DNA of 47,242 bases from positions 1 to 47,242 of the IMG/VR virus record IMGVR_UViG_3300010376_000014; one strand, written 5' to 3'. The position numbers and the translations under genes were made by a program. This document shows positions 8,597 through 16,958 of the stretch, piece after piece. The DNA is from a virus. A model generated the notes under the pieces. It was not told the DNA's origin. It was given only the letters and a program-made list of their open reading frames with translations, and did no database searches. Each line of letters opens with the position of its first letter. Within the stretch, counting starts at the first letter, position 1.

Positions 8597-10041
8597 TACG
8601 CCTCGGCTCCTAGCATCGAGTGGGCGCCCTCTCGACTTTGTCGTCTGTCCATACGCTCCCGCACTCGCGCCCAGTAACGTGCAGCGGGCGTGTTTGCGTC
8701 CTCGCTAGCCACAGGAAGTGACGGATGAGGCCGTGTCATCAGTATATAGCCCATCGCATCAACATCGTGGTCATCCTTCTCACGCGGTCTCTCTTTTGCG
8801 TCCTCGTCCGCGGTGACAGGTTGGCGCTTCCATTGGTACTGCTTTATGTGCTCGATCAGATTGACGCAGTTTTTGAAGATGTACAATCTTGGCCACCCCT
8901 CGTCCCGGTACTCCTGTGTAAGTGGGTGTGGATGATCTGGGTCGAGCATTAGCCATTCAGCTACACGGTTGATTCGTGCCGGAACATGACGATCGGATGG
9001 TATAGTTGAGATACCATGATCCCAGTACTCATCTATGACGCTACGCCCGGTGTTCGGATCCTTATGCGACGCGGAAGCATCGATGACCGTGTATATCGGG
9101 AGTTTGTAGCTGACACGAACCTCATGAATCCGCCGAGCGTGGTGAGCGACGAGTTGGAACGCCTCATAGTGCTCTTCAATGATAAAGCAGTTGCCATGTT
9201 CGTCGAAGGCCGCCCAGAGCACTGCGGTTGGATTACGCCGACCATGATCGATGCCCTCAATGAGGTCCCAATGGTCGGGTATTGGGAATGGGCGGACGGA
9301 GTGGATGTCTTCGTCAAACTCGGGCCATATCTGCCCTGAGAAGACATCCCACGAGCCCTCGACGAATCGCTTGACCCAAGACTCTGGCATCTTCAGCAGA
9401 CTGTTGATGTAGTCCTTAGGCAACATGGGATTGTCCGTGGTCTTTGCGTGGATCAAGCCACAATCTTTGTTGAGCTCTGGGCGATTGACGACTCTGTCCC
9501 ATATCCAATCGTGTCCATTAGGATTGGCCAAGATCATGCCGCATCGTGGCCCATTCGCCTGACGCAGACGACCACGAAGCATCATGAACATCTCCTCTGA
9601 CACCTCTTCTGCTTGATCGATCAAGAACCATGCGAGGTTCAGGTTGGTCAATTTCTGTGGCTCGTCGAGGGGCCAGAAGTGTATTTTCGAGCCATTTACG
9701 AGGGTCAGTAACTGATCCGTCTTGTGAAAGCTCCGTATGAGCTCCTGTGGGCACCCTGTGTAGTCCCCCTGATCCTCGTCACCGCCACCTCCGTGGAAGA
9801 ATGTCTCCATCGTTGTGGCCTTGAGCTCAGGACGAGTCTTGCGAGCAATAAGGCCGGTAGTACCAGGATACTCGATGGCGAGCATAAGAGCTTCTGCGCA
9901 TCCCGCCGACGTTTTGCCGTTGCCCCATCCGCCCACAAAGAATCGAAACCTCTTCGACATGCCATGGAACTCACCTTGTTTCGGCAGAGGTTGGTACTTG
10001 AGCTCAATCGAAATTGGCTCCGCTGAGGCTTGCATTTTCAT
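8596..10041 (-). CDS. terL: Terminase large subunit
   Basis: Walker A FFVGGWGNGKTSAG. About 480 aa. Start taken at ATG 10041, which forms an ATGA overlap with the upstream stop. The ORF-track start at 10152 would overlap the upstream gene by 115 nt. Confidence 0.85.
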   Translation of the reverse strand: MKMQASAEPISIELKYQPLPKQGEFHGMSKRFRFFVGGWGNGKTSAGCAEALMLAIEYPGTTGLIARKTRPELKATTMETFFHGGGGDEDQGDYTGCPQELIRSFHKTDQLLTLVNGSKIHFWPLDEPQKLTNLNLAWFLIDQAEEVSEEMFMMLRGRLRQANGPRCGMILANPNGHDWIWDRVVNRPELNKDCGLIHAKTTDNPMLPKDYINSLLKMPESWVKRFVEGSWDVFSGQIWPEFDEDIHSVRPFPIPDHWDLIEGIDHGRRNPTAVLWAAFDEHGNCFIIEEHYEAFQLVAHHARRIHEVRVSYKLPIYTVIDASASHKDPNTGRSVIDEYWDHGISTIPSDRHVPARINRVAEWLMLDPDHPHPLTQEYRDEGWPRLYIFKNCVNLIEHIKQYQWKRQPVTADEDAKERPREKDDHDVDAMGYILMTRPHPSLPVASEDANTPAARYWARVRERMDRRQSREGAHSMLGAEA

Positions 10042-10829
10042 GAGAATGGTCCAAGGTAGAACGCGGACAGGTGCGTCGTGGCGGAGAAGCCCTGGCTGGC
10101 GGTGTCGCTCCAGATGTTGAGATTCGCGACGTTGCCTGGGTTGCATGCCCAAACGAGCGACGCATGATGTCCCGAGAACTGCGTCGCTCCCGGACCGCCG
10201 ACCAGGTAGTCAGCGAGCAGCATCGAACCGCCGATGGTGATGCCCAGATATCTGTTGGCGGTACCGGCACTCGCTCGCTGCGACGCTTCGAGGAACCAAT
10301 TACCACCACGGTTGAGCGTGAGGCCGTTAGCCGCCGCTGTGCAATACGTACCTTGCTGCAGCTGAGTCCAGTTAGCGATCGCGACGCCGCCCACAACGGT
10401 CACATCGGATGGTGCAGACACCATGCCACGCACCTGGACGCGCTCGACCGGCTGACCCGAGGCGGTGTAGATGTGCCATCCGGATCGGTTGAACATGGCA
10501 AACCCACCGCTCGGTACCGAGATTGCGGTGGCTCCACCAATCCGGCCCTTGTTCGCACCGCCAGACGCGAACACGTTGACCGCAACCTGGATCGCAGTGC
10601 CTCCAAGGTTCAGTAGGCTGATGTAGTTGACGAGCGCCTGAATGTTCGCGGGGGGTCCAGCGTAGATCGAGTTCCATGCGTTTGCGGTACTGATCGTGGT
10701 GGATGCGAGGACCTGTGGGGTTGCCGGTCCGCCGCCAACGCCGAGGAGTTCGCCGCCGACGGTCGTGTACAGCGTTCCGGTGCCGCTGATATAGACCTGA
10801 AGGTTGTCGCCTGGTTGTAGGCCGATCAC
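10038..10829 (-). CDS. Tail fibre/receptor-binding-like protein (263 aa); N-terminal half paralogous to 10826..11176
   Basis: GTG 10829 overlaps the upstream TGA (GTGA). Shares the ...GGW-IY..-G motif and layout with the 116-aa ORF. Confidence 0.5.
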   Translation of the reverse strand: MIGLQPGDNLQVYISGTGTLYTTVGGELLGVGGGPATPQVLASTTISTANAWNSIYAGPPANIQALVNYISLLNLGGTAIQVAVNVFASGGANKGRIGGATAISVPSGGFAMFNRSGWHIYTASGQPVERVQVRGMVSAPSDVTVVGGVAIANWTQLQQGTYCTAAANGLTLNRGGNWFLEASQRASAGTANRYLGITIGGSMLLADYLVGGPGATQFSGHHASLVWACNPGNVANLNIWSDTASQGFSATTHLSAFYLGPFS

Positions 10830-11176
10830 AGCCGTACTCCATGCCCGTCGTAAATGGTCCAGCCGTCCGCGTCGAGTGACAGGATCCCACCAAGCGGAAC
10901 TATTGCGCCGTACGGTCCAGGTGACGTAGTCCCAGCAATGCTGACCCCGCCCGCTCCGCCGCCACCGTTCTCGACCATGAGATGTGAGATCAGCCACGCA
11001 TGCCCAGCGGGTACCGTTGCGATGGTGGTCCATGTATTGACGGTCGGCGGTCCGCCGGCGGCAAGGACCGTGTACGTCGGTACACCGTTGACGATGTCCA
11101 CTCCATGCAGCGTGTAGTAGACAGGTGTCATGGCGACGTAGATCCCGATGGATTGTCCCGACCCAAGCGCGAACAT
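10826..11176 (-). CDS. Small tail-fibre-associated module (116 aa)
   Basis: ORF track. Directly abuts the collagen-like fibre stop. C-terminus LDADGWTIYDGHG resembles NRSGWHIYTASG of the next gene. Confidence 0.5.
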   Translation of the reverse strand: MFALGSGQSIGIYVAMTPVYYTLHGVDIVNGVPTYTVLAAGGPPTVNTWTTIATVPAGHAWLISHLMVENGGGGAGGVSIAGTTSPGPYGAIVPLGGILSLDADGWTIYDGHGVRL

Positions 11177-12640
11177 TTATGCTGCCAGGAAGAACGCGGT
11201 GTCAAAGTACGGTGTGGACGACTGGGCGCCCGCCACGATCCAGGCCAGGTCGGGGCCGTCGAACACGAGCTCGCGATAGCAAATGCCGGTGAGGACCATG
11301 CTCGCCGAGAAAGCTGCGCCGTCGGCATAGATCCACTGTCCGGTCGGCGCGGCCGGAACCGCAATCGTGATCGTCGCGCCGCGCGACCAACACCACACGC
11401 CGACCCGATCACCGATGACCGCATTTGACGGGAGCGTGACGGTGATGCCGCCCGCGCACTCGACGAGGTCCCAGGCGTTCGCCGTGTAGTTGACGGTCGG
11501 CTGGGGATTGTTGCGGAAGCGGGTGCGGACGGTTGGGTTTGGGTAGGTGCCGAGCAGGTCGCCACCAGCGGCGCCTCCCGGCGTGCCGCCGGGTCCTTGC
11601 GCGCCCTGTGGTCCCTGAGCGCCGACAGCGCCTTGCGGGCCCTGCGGCCCGATGGCACCAGTACCGCCCGTCGCACCCTGCGGTCCGACGACTCCCTGTG
11701 GTCCTGTGGCTCCCTGTGGGCCCGTCGAGCCAATGGCGCCCTGCGGTCCTTGTGGTCCCTGTGCGCCGGGCGTGCCGATGCCGGTCGCGCCGGTCTGACC
11801 CTGTGGGCCCTGAGGACCGATCGCGCCTTGTGGACCCATGGCACCCTGGACCCCCATTACGCCTTGTGGACCACTAGGGCCCTGAGGTCCTTGTGGTCCA
11901 ATTGAACCTGTAGCACCTTGCGGACCCTGTGATCCAACTGCTCCTGTTGGTCCGACTGGCCCCGTAGGCCCCGTAGGCCCTGTGGCCCCCGCTGGTCCTT
12001 GCGGACCTGTAGGTCCAGGCGCACCCTGTCCAGCCTGCTCTATAGAAAACTTCGTAGCGTTGAGTGTGCAAGTGACTCCAGAGAGGTTAGCGATCACCAA
12101 AGCGATGATGTCTCCGGCATTGAGGTCCAATGCGTCATAGATATGGACCGTGTTATAACCTTCGACACCACTCCACGACGTAGCGTCCCCACCACCATAA
12201 TAGTTAGAGCCATTACGACTGAAGTAGAGCTGACAGTACGCACCACTACTTGCTGTCTCAGGTTGAATCGTAACGCTACCAGATATGAGATAGTGACCTG
12301 TGTTCGGTACTTGGAAGCCGTTACCGGACACTATCATGCCATTAGCCACAACAGCTGAGGCCACAGGGCAAAATAACGTGGCGCCATTGGTGATGGTCAG
12401 GCCCGCTCCACCTTGAACTCGACCTCGCGCTAGAGGTTGCCCTGTGCCACCTCCACCACTTCTTAGTGTGGGATTGGGATAACGTCCTGTGAGATCTCCA
12501 CCCGCCTGCTGTCCGTTGTACATCCAGTTAGACTGGATGAACTCCAGATTCTCAGTCGTGTAGTTATCTGTAGTGGACTGATGCGGAAATAGAACTATAT
12601 CCGCAGGAGCGAGACCAGGAAGGGGTATCGGAGCAGTCAC
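11177..12640 (-). CDS. Collagen-like repeat tail fibre protein (487 aa)
   Basis: About 50 uninterrupted G-X-Y triplets ([10 protein letters not shown]...). Motif GGDL-G-YPNPT-R occurs on both sides of the collagen tract. Confidence 0.75.
   Translation of the reverse strand: MTAPIPLPGLAPADIVLFPHQSTTDNYTTENLEFIQSNWMYNGQQAGGDLTGRYPNPTLRSGGGGTGQPLARGRVQGGAGLTITNGATLFCPVASAVVANGMIVSGNGFQVPNTGHYLISGSVTIQPETASSGAYCQLYFSRNGSNYYGGGDATSWSGVEGYNTVHIYDALDLNAGDIIALVIANLSGVTCTLNATKFSIEQAGQGAPGPTGPQGPAGATGPTGPTGPVGPTGAVGSQGPQGATGSIGPQGPQGPSGPQGVMGVQGAMGPQGAIGPQGPQGQTGATGIGTPGAQGPQGPQGAIGSTGPQGATGPQGVVGPQGATGGTGAIGPQGPQGAVGAQGPQGAQGPGGTPGGAAGGDLLGTYPNPTVRTRFRNNPQPTVNYTANAWDLVECAGGITVTLPSNAVIGDRVGVWCWSRGATITIAVPAAPTGQWIYADGAAFSASMVLTGICYRELVFDGPDLAWIVAGAQSSTPYFDTAFFLAA
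11584..12028 (-). repeat. Collagen-like G-X-Y triplet repeat tract (coding low-complexity repeat)
   Basis: Periodic GGN CCN NNN triplets in the DNA. They generate spurious long ORFs in other frames and on the other strand. Confidence 0.85.
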
Positions 12641-13314
12641 GACTTGATAATGTAGCTTACGGCCACAGAGGGTTGAAGGTTGTTGTGGGGTTGCCCGCCG
12701 CCAGTGTTAGATACCAACAACTCATCCCAATACGACCCCGTTGTGGTATGGACAGGGGGAGAAAAGAAGCCTGGAGTATTGCCTCCACTAGCCTGAACTG
12801 AACTCCACAATAGGCCACCATTTGGTCCTGTTGCCCATGCAAAAGACGACCCTTCAACCGACATGTACGTGCCATGGCCATGCGCCGGCATCTGAGCCAC
12901 ACTGACGACAGCATTTTCAGTGCCGCCATGCCAGCCTACTGATGGGTGGTTACTGATAAGTACTGACCCTCCTGGGTCCGCTCCGATAGGGATAGAGCCG
13001 ATCATATTTGGTACGTTGAACGTCGTACTACCATCACCCGCCCCATAGGCGGTGCCTATCGCAGCGTACAGACCGGAGTACTGAGTGCGAGAGACTGGTT
13101 GTCCATTACACATGAGCCATCCTGCTGGCGCAGTGGCACCACCATAGGCCATGATAAGACCGGGAAAGAATATGACGCTTGGACCACTAACAAAGTTCGT
13201 AGCATCCAAGTTACCATTGATGACTTCAGTTATCGCATCGAAGTCCGCTAAGATCTGCTCGATGGCGCGAATGTCTCCGCCGGATGGACGGTTGGGTATC
13301 GTAACGAAAGGCAC
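12637..13314 (-). CDS. Tail fibre protein with phage tail-collar domain (225 aa)
   Basis: APAGWLMCNGQPVSRTQYSGLYAAIGTAYGAGDGSTTFNVPNM is the classic tail-collar signature. Confidence 0.7.
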   Translation of the reverse strand: MPFVTIPNRPSGGDIRAIEQILADFDAITEVINGNLDATNFVSGPSVIFFPGLIMAYGGATAPAGWLMCNGQPVSRTQYSGLYAAIGTAYGAGDGSTTFNVPNMIGSIPIGADPGGSVLISNHPSVGWHGGTENAVVSVAQMPAHGHGTYMSVEGSSFAWATGPNGGLLWSSVQASGGNTPGFFSPPVHTTTGSYWDELLVSNTGGGQPHNNLQPSVAVSYIIKS

Positions 13315-14850
13315 TCAGTGCTCCTTCCCGCCACGCACGGCGAACTCGGCAACGTTGATGTAGAAGGGTATGCCGCCAGGAAGAGTACGGAACTGGATCT
13401 GATGGAACCTACCACGAGACTCAGGACGCACACGGGCAAATCTGTATTCGTTAGGTGGGTCCCATATACCAAATGGTTCGTTCCACATGTGTGGTGCATT
13501 GTTCCAAATATTGTCTCCAGTCACAGCAGGGTTCGGCAACGTTGCTGAGAAATCTGGTGCCTGATTGAAGTCCTTGAAAATGTCCACAATACAGTCACCA
13601 TATAGCTCTACATTCGCACGTCTGATCCGCTCGAATGGCTCCTCACCCTGGATTGCCATCCACGAACTCTTCCAATACGCATTGATCGGAGTGCCATCGT
13701 CCGTCTGACCCTGAAAAAGTTTGTACAACCTGGTCACATCAGCAGCCGACCCAATCACCACCCAGGGGCTGTGGCCATCTATGTTGACGTTGCACATGGC
13801 CTGAATCGCCATCGTGTGGATGAAGAATGCGGGTAGGAGGAGGTAGCGCCTACCACCAATACGTCGGAAGTTGATGTTCGGGATGTATTCGATGATGACG
13901 TTAGGCTTCCCGCTAGTGCTTGTGGTCGTAGTCACAGCTAGAAACATGCGTTGGTAGGAATCTCGTGTGCTTACGAGACGAGCAGTAGTTATGGCAGCAG
14001 AGTTCAGATTAGTTGGGAACCAGTTATTGATACTACCTGACTCATATGCTATAGCCACACCAGCCGTGGACCATAGGCCTTGCTGGTTGAACCAGTATAA
14101 CTTGGAATTCATCTCGGTGACCATGAATCTTCCAGCCACACCGGGGCGCCCCAGACGCCTGTTCGCCATCGTGGCGGAGTCGTTCATGACCCATACGGAC
14201 TCACGTTTGAAGAGATATAGCCTCGTTCCGAGCTCGGCCATATCGATGAATGAGTCCAACTCATCCTCAGGACCTCTCATATCGATGTAACCATAGGTGC
14301 CAGTGGTCGCTTCGGGGTCACCATACGGACTGAAGTAGACCCTTTGTGGATTAGCGGCCACACCAACCACGAACATGCGGTTACCGAAGACTTTGCATAG
14401 GTTCCCAGCCGGTGGTGTGCCTGCCCATGCAGATGTCCCTGAAGCCACACCATCCCACTTGAGTGGCGGGTCGACGCCGTTCATCATCCACACCATATCC
14501 CTGCCCGTGGCATCCGGGTACTGTGCGAAGCACCATACTGTGCCTGCTGTGCCTGTGGCTAATTGCTGCTGCACTCCGCCCATACTGCAGGCCACAACAC
14601 CGCCGTTGTAGGACAGCATGATCCATCGGATTGATGTGGACAGGACAATTTGCTGCATATTATCGGCATGCCCAGCCACAGCACCATTATCAAACTGCGT
14701 CTTGCCTTGTCGGACTCGCAACTGACCTACGAGGTCGCTGACTGTGACGTTCTGCAGGTCTGGGGACTCATTCGGTTGGAGATCGAACGGTCCGTCTCGA
14801 GTGTTCAGTCCGCCACGGAAGTTGTTGATGGGGACTCTCTGTAAGGGCAC
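13315..14850 (-). CDS. Large tail structural protein (511 aa), possibly a tubular/nozzle-type protein
   Basis: GTG start at 14850. N-terminus VPINNFRGGLNTRDGPFDLQPNESPDLQN resembles podovirus tail proteins from memory. Sits upstream of the fibres. Confidence 0.4.
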   Translation of the reverse strand: MPLQRVPINNFRGGLNTRDGPFDLQPNESPDLQNVTVSDLVGQLRVRQGKTQFDNGAVAGHADNMQQIVLSTSIRWIMLSYNGGVVACSMGGVQQQLATGTAGTVWCFAQYPDATGRDMVWMMNGVDPPLKWDGVASGTSAWAGTPPAGNLCKVFGNRMFVVGVAANPQRVYFSPYGDPEATTGTYGYIDMRGPEDELDSFIDMAELGTRLYLFKRESVWVMNDSATMANRRLGRPGVAGRFMVTEMNSKLYWFNQQGLWSTAGVAIAYESGSINNWFPTNLNSAAITTARLVSTRDSYQRMFLAVTTTTSTSGKPNVIIEYIPNINFRRIGGRRYLLLPAFFIHTMAIQAMCNVNIDGHSPWVVIGSAADVTRLYKLFQGQTDDGTPINAYWKSSWMAIQGEEPFERIRRANVELYGDCIVDIFKDFNQAPDFSATLPNPAVTGDNIWNNAPHMWNEPFGIWDPPNEYRFARVRPESRGRFHQIQFRTLPGGIPFYINVAEFAVRGGKEH

Positions 14851-15037
14851 GACGTGGATTTTATCTCTTTTAGCTTGGCTCGTTGGGGCCCCGCTAGCGT
14901 ACGACTAGGTGAGAGCTCCATTTTCTCCTCCCGCCAATGGGGAGCATCACTCATTTTCGCGCGACGTTGTTGTCCCGAACGCCACCGGGGTTGCGCGGGG
15001 GCCTTGAAAAAAGTGATGGCCAATGTGATCGGAAGAC

Positions 15038-15137
15038 GATCATATGATCACGCCATCACGCGATACGTGACGTGATGCATACCGTGACGTCATACAACTT
15101 GACGTAGGCGTCAATTGTCACGTGACGTGACGTGATG
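15038..15137. promoter_or_regulatory. Dense array of TGACGT-containing repeats and palindromes (candidate operator / pac / regulatory hub)
   Basis: TGACGT at 15068, 15085 (as TGACGTCA), 15100, 15123 and 15128. The 13-mer ACGTGACGTGATG occurs at 15065 and 15125. Palindromes GATCATATGATC (15038) and TTGACG-N4-CGTCAA (15099). Confidence 0.6.
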
Positions 15138-15193
15138 TGCCATACTCATGTTGTAGGTCATATCGCTTCAAGTGATCGGAGCCTAGCGCCACA

Positions 15194-15220
15194 TCACATA
15201 GCGAACATAACGGATCGCGC
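15194..15220. repeat. 27-bp perfect inverted repeat, left arm (TCACATAGCGAACATAACGGATCGCGC)
   Basis: Exact reverse complement of 15588..15614, checked base by base. Confidence 0.95.
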
Positions 15221-15242
15221 ATATCACGCAAAGGTGAATACA

Positions 15243-15560
15243 ATGGAATCCACGCAAGGTGATGTGCAGGCAGTAACGAATGACGTGCCGAAAGTGACGC
15301 CGAAGCCACGTAAGGCTAAGTCACCTGAGGTGACGTTTAGCAGTGTGATCAACGCCTATGCGAAGTCACGCAATATTGACACGACGCGCGCAGGCAAGGC
15401 AATCCGTAGCAAGATTCGCGCGATGGGTGACGCCGAAGTTGGTAAGGCATGGCCCGCTTTTCGTAAGTCTCAGAAGGTATTGCGTGACGGTAATCGTTAC
15501 CCGACCACAATGCCTCGCGCGTTCGCTGAGCAATTGCTCAAGGGACGTAGCGCGAAGTAA
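15243..15560 (+). CDS. Basic putative DNA-binding protein (105 aa)
   Basis: AAGGTGA Shine-Dalgarno 5 nt before the ATG at 15243. K/R-rich. The segment NIDTTRAGKAIRSKIR resembles the HTH of 19189..19746. Confidence 0.55.
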   Translation: MESTQGDVQAVTNDVPKVTPKPRKAKSPEVTFSSVINAYAKSRNIDTTRAGKAIRSKIRAMGDAEVGKAWPAFRKSQKVLRDGNRYPTTMPRAFAEQLLKGRSAK

Positions 15561-15587
15561 CGCAGTAACTATCCTGTAGTACACATC

Positions 15588-15614
15588 GCGCGATCCGTTA
15601 TGTTCGCTATGTGA
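15588..15614. repeat. 27-bp perfect inverted repeat, right arm
   Basis: Exact reverse complement of 15194..15220. Confidence 0.95.
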
Positions 15615-15636
15615 CAATCACAACGAAAGGTGACAA

Positions 15637-15738
15637 ATGATACACATAGCACATATCGCCATCATGGTAGGCGGAATTTCTTACTTTTTGTGGCATTACG
15701 TGATTAGTAGCATTATCGAAGTGTGGCGTGATAAGTGA
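15637..15738 (+). CDS. Small hydrophobic peptide (33 aa, MIHIAHIAIMVGGISYFLWHYVISSIIEVWRDK)
   Basis: Hand translation. GAAAGGTGA Shine-Dalgarno before the ATG. Single TM-like stretch. Its 3' end lies inside the hairpin 15722..15748. Confidence 0.35.
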   Translation: MIHIAHIAIMVGGISYFLWHYVISSIIEVWRDK

Positions 15739-15748
15739 TCACGCCACA
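15722..15748. terminator. 11-bp stem hairpin (TGTGGCGTGAT-AAGTG-ATCACGCCACA), no U-tract
   Basis: Read directly. Located at the end of the plus-strand cassette. Confidence 0.4.
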
Positions 15749-15909
15749 TCATCCGCTCGCGGCCCGACCACGTCGGGTCGAGAGTGGTTAGCTGACTGCC
15801 CGGCCGACTTCCATAGAACCAACTTGCGGTGGGCAGGCCGCCTATACTTCGTATAGGGCCAACTTCCAAGGACAGTCGCAGAGCCAACCCCACACTTGCA
15901 GTGGGCAAA

Positions 15910-16359
15910 CTACTCGTCTACGACTGTTGCGTCCACAACGTCTTCAGTCTCAAACGTAGGCCTAGGCGCCACAAACTTTATCGAGATCTCACCAGAATGC
16001 TCATGTTTGATCCGTGGATTGTGCACACCCGTGGCTTCGAGAAGTAGCTTGATCGCCTGGACGTTGCGCTGCCACGCACGTCTCGACAATGCCTGGCCAG
16101 CCTTGGGAAGGCCGACCACCATCTCCAATCGAGTCTCATCGAAGATGCCTGCGGCCACACGGTCATCATATAGGGCTGCGTGGCGAAGTTGCTTGTAGCA
16201 TTGGTTCCGCTTGCGAGCATTGTCGGGATATAGACGTCTCGCAATCGCCCTGGGATGGTTTCCTGCTGATATGGCGCGAATCAGGCCGTCTACCTGACCA
16301 TCCGTAAGCGTTGGGAACGCTTTTAGAGTCTTTGTCAACGCCATATCGGCCACCACCAT
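15910..16359 (-). CDS. Possible terminase small subunit / DNA-binding protein (149 aa)
   Basis: First gene of the minus-strand arm. HTH-like N-terminus. C-terminal AIKLLLEATGVHNPRIKHEHSGEISIKF resembles the tail of Terminase_2-type small subunits from memory. Confidence 0.4.
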   Translation of the reverse strand: MVVADMALTKTLKAFPTLTDGQVDGLIRAISAGNHPRAIARRLYPDNARKRNQCYKQLRHAALYDDRVAAGIFDETRLEMVVGLPKAGQALSRRAWQRNVQAIKLLLEATGVHNPRIKHEHSGEISIKFVAPRPTFETEDVVDATVVDE

Positions 16360-16440
16360 AATTTATCACATCCTAATCAGCTTGCGAAAGGTAGCAATTA
16401 GCAGGCCTTTTTATACCGCGGCATTTTTTTACCACATGAG

Positions 16441-16469
16441 TTGACCACAAGATCTCTGGATGCAACAAT
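16441..16469 (+). promoter_or_regulatory. Promoter P1: TTGACC - 17 nt (ending GGATGC) - AACAAT
   Basis: Spacing counted by hand. The 23-nt core GGATGCAACAATGAACGTGACGA is nearly identical to the cores at 17214 and 23167. Confidence 0.65.
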
Positions 16470-16518
16470 GAACGTGACGAAAACATCGTCCACATCGGTA
16501 AACCACGAAAGGGAAGCA

Positions 16519-16725
16519 ATGGCGAACAAACGAGGTGAGGTCCACTTCGATCACAAATCCGACGAAGACGTCTTCTTGGAGACGCTCGACCTGATGATCG
16601 AATCGACCGAGGAGTTCATCGGCGATGATGGACTGAGAGCTGATGACTCACGAATCCACGATCTGTCCGCACTGCTGCATGTGCGGGAACTGTTCACCGA
16701 AGTATTCCAGGAGGAGAACTCGTGA
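16519..16725 (+). CDS. Early acidic protein (68 aa)
   Basis: ATG preceded by GAAAGGGAAGCA. The ORF-track version starts further upstream. Confidence 0.55.
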   Translation: MANKRGEVHFDHKSDEDVFLETLDLMIESTEEFIGDDGLRADDSRIHDLSALLHVRELFTEVFQEENS

Positions 16726-16958
16726 ACCTGTACGACAACTCCGAGATAACCACAGGTGTGACAGTCGCCCAGGCGAAAGAAGCCATGCGTGTGCTCGAAG
16801 CTATCGGACACGTCCTCGAACCTGTGACTGACGGCACTTCTCGGGACATCTACGACTCACTGAATATGTCCTACGCATTTCTCAACGCCACGATCCAACA
16901 CCAAGAGCGACTCAATGCCGACTTCGACAACAAGCCACACGGATGGGGACAACTATGA
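16722..16958 (+). CDS. Early hypothetical protein (78 aa)
   Basis: GTG start overlapping the upstream stop. ORF track. Confidence 0.5.
   Translation: MNLYDNSEITTGVTVAQAKEAMRVLEAIGHVLEPVTDGTSRDIYDSLNMSYAFLNATIQHQERLNADFDNKPHGWGQL

Noticed and set aside
10042-10152. N-terminal extension of terL to the ORF-track start at 10152
   Set aside because: It would overlap the upstream fibre-module gene by 115 nt. The ATG at 10041 gives a clean ATGA overlap, and the conserved terminase sequence begins after it.
11128-11905. Long alternative-frame and opposite-strand ORFs (238, 114 and 102 aa) over the collagen-like tract
   Set aside because: They are by-products of the GC-rich G-X-Y triplet periodicity. 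They give R/P/A-rich nonsense compositions, have no Shine-Dalgarno, and are fully contained in the well-supported fibre gene.
10038-13314. Diversity-generating retroelement targeting the fibre genes
   Set aside because: No reverse transcriptase ORF exists anywhere in the genome, and no template/variable repeat pair was seen.
15132-15242. ORF-track start at 15132 for the 142-aa version of the cassette protein
   Set aside because: The upstream 37 codons run through the TGACGT array and the left inverted-repeat arm without a Shine-Dalgarno. The ATG at 15243 has an AAGGTGA Shine-Dalgarno at ideal spacing.
15841-15857. loxP-like palindrome CCTATACTTCGTATAGG
   Set aside because: It is a single 7-bp-stem palindrome with no second site, no asymmetric spacer architecture and no recombinase gene in the genome.
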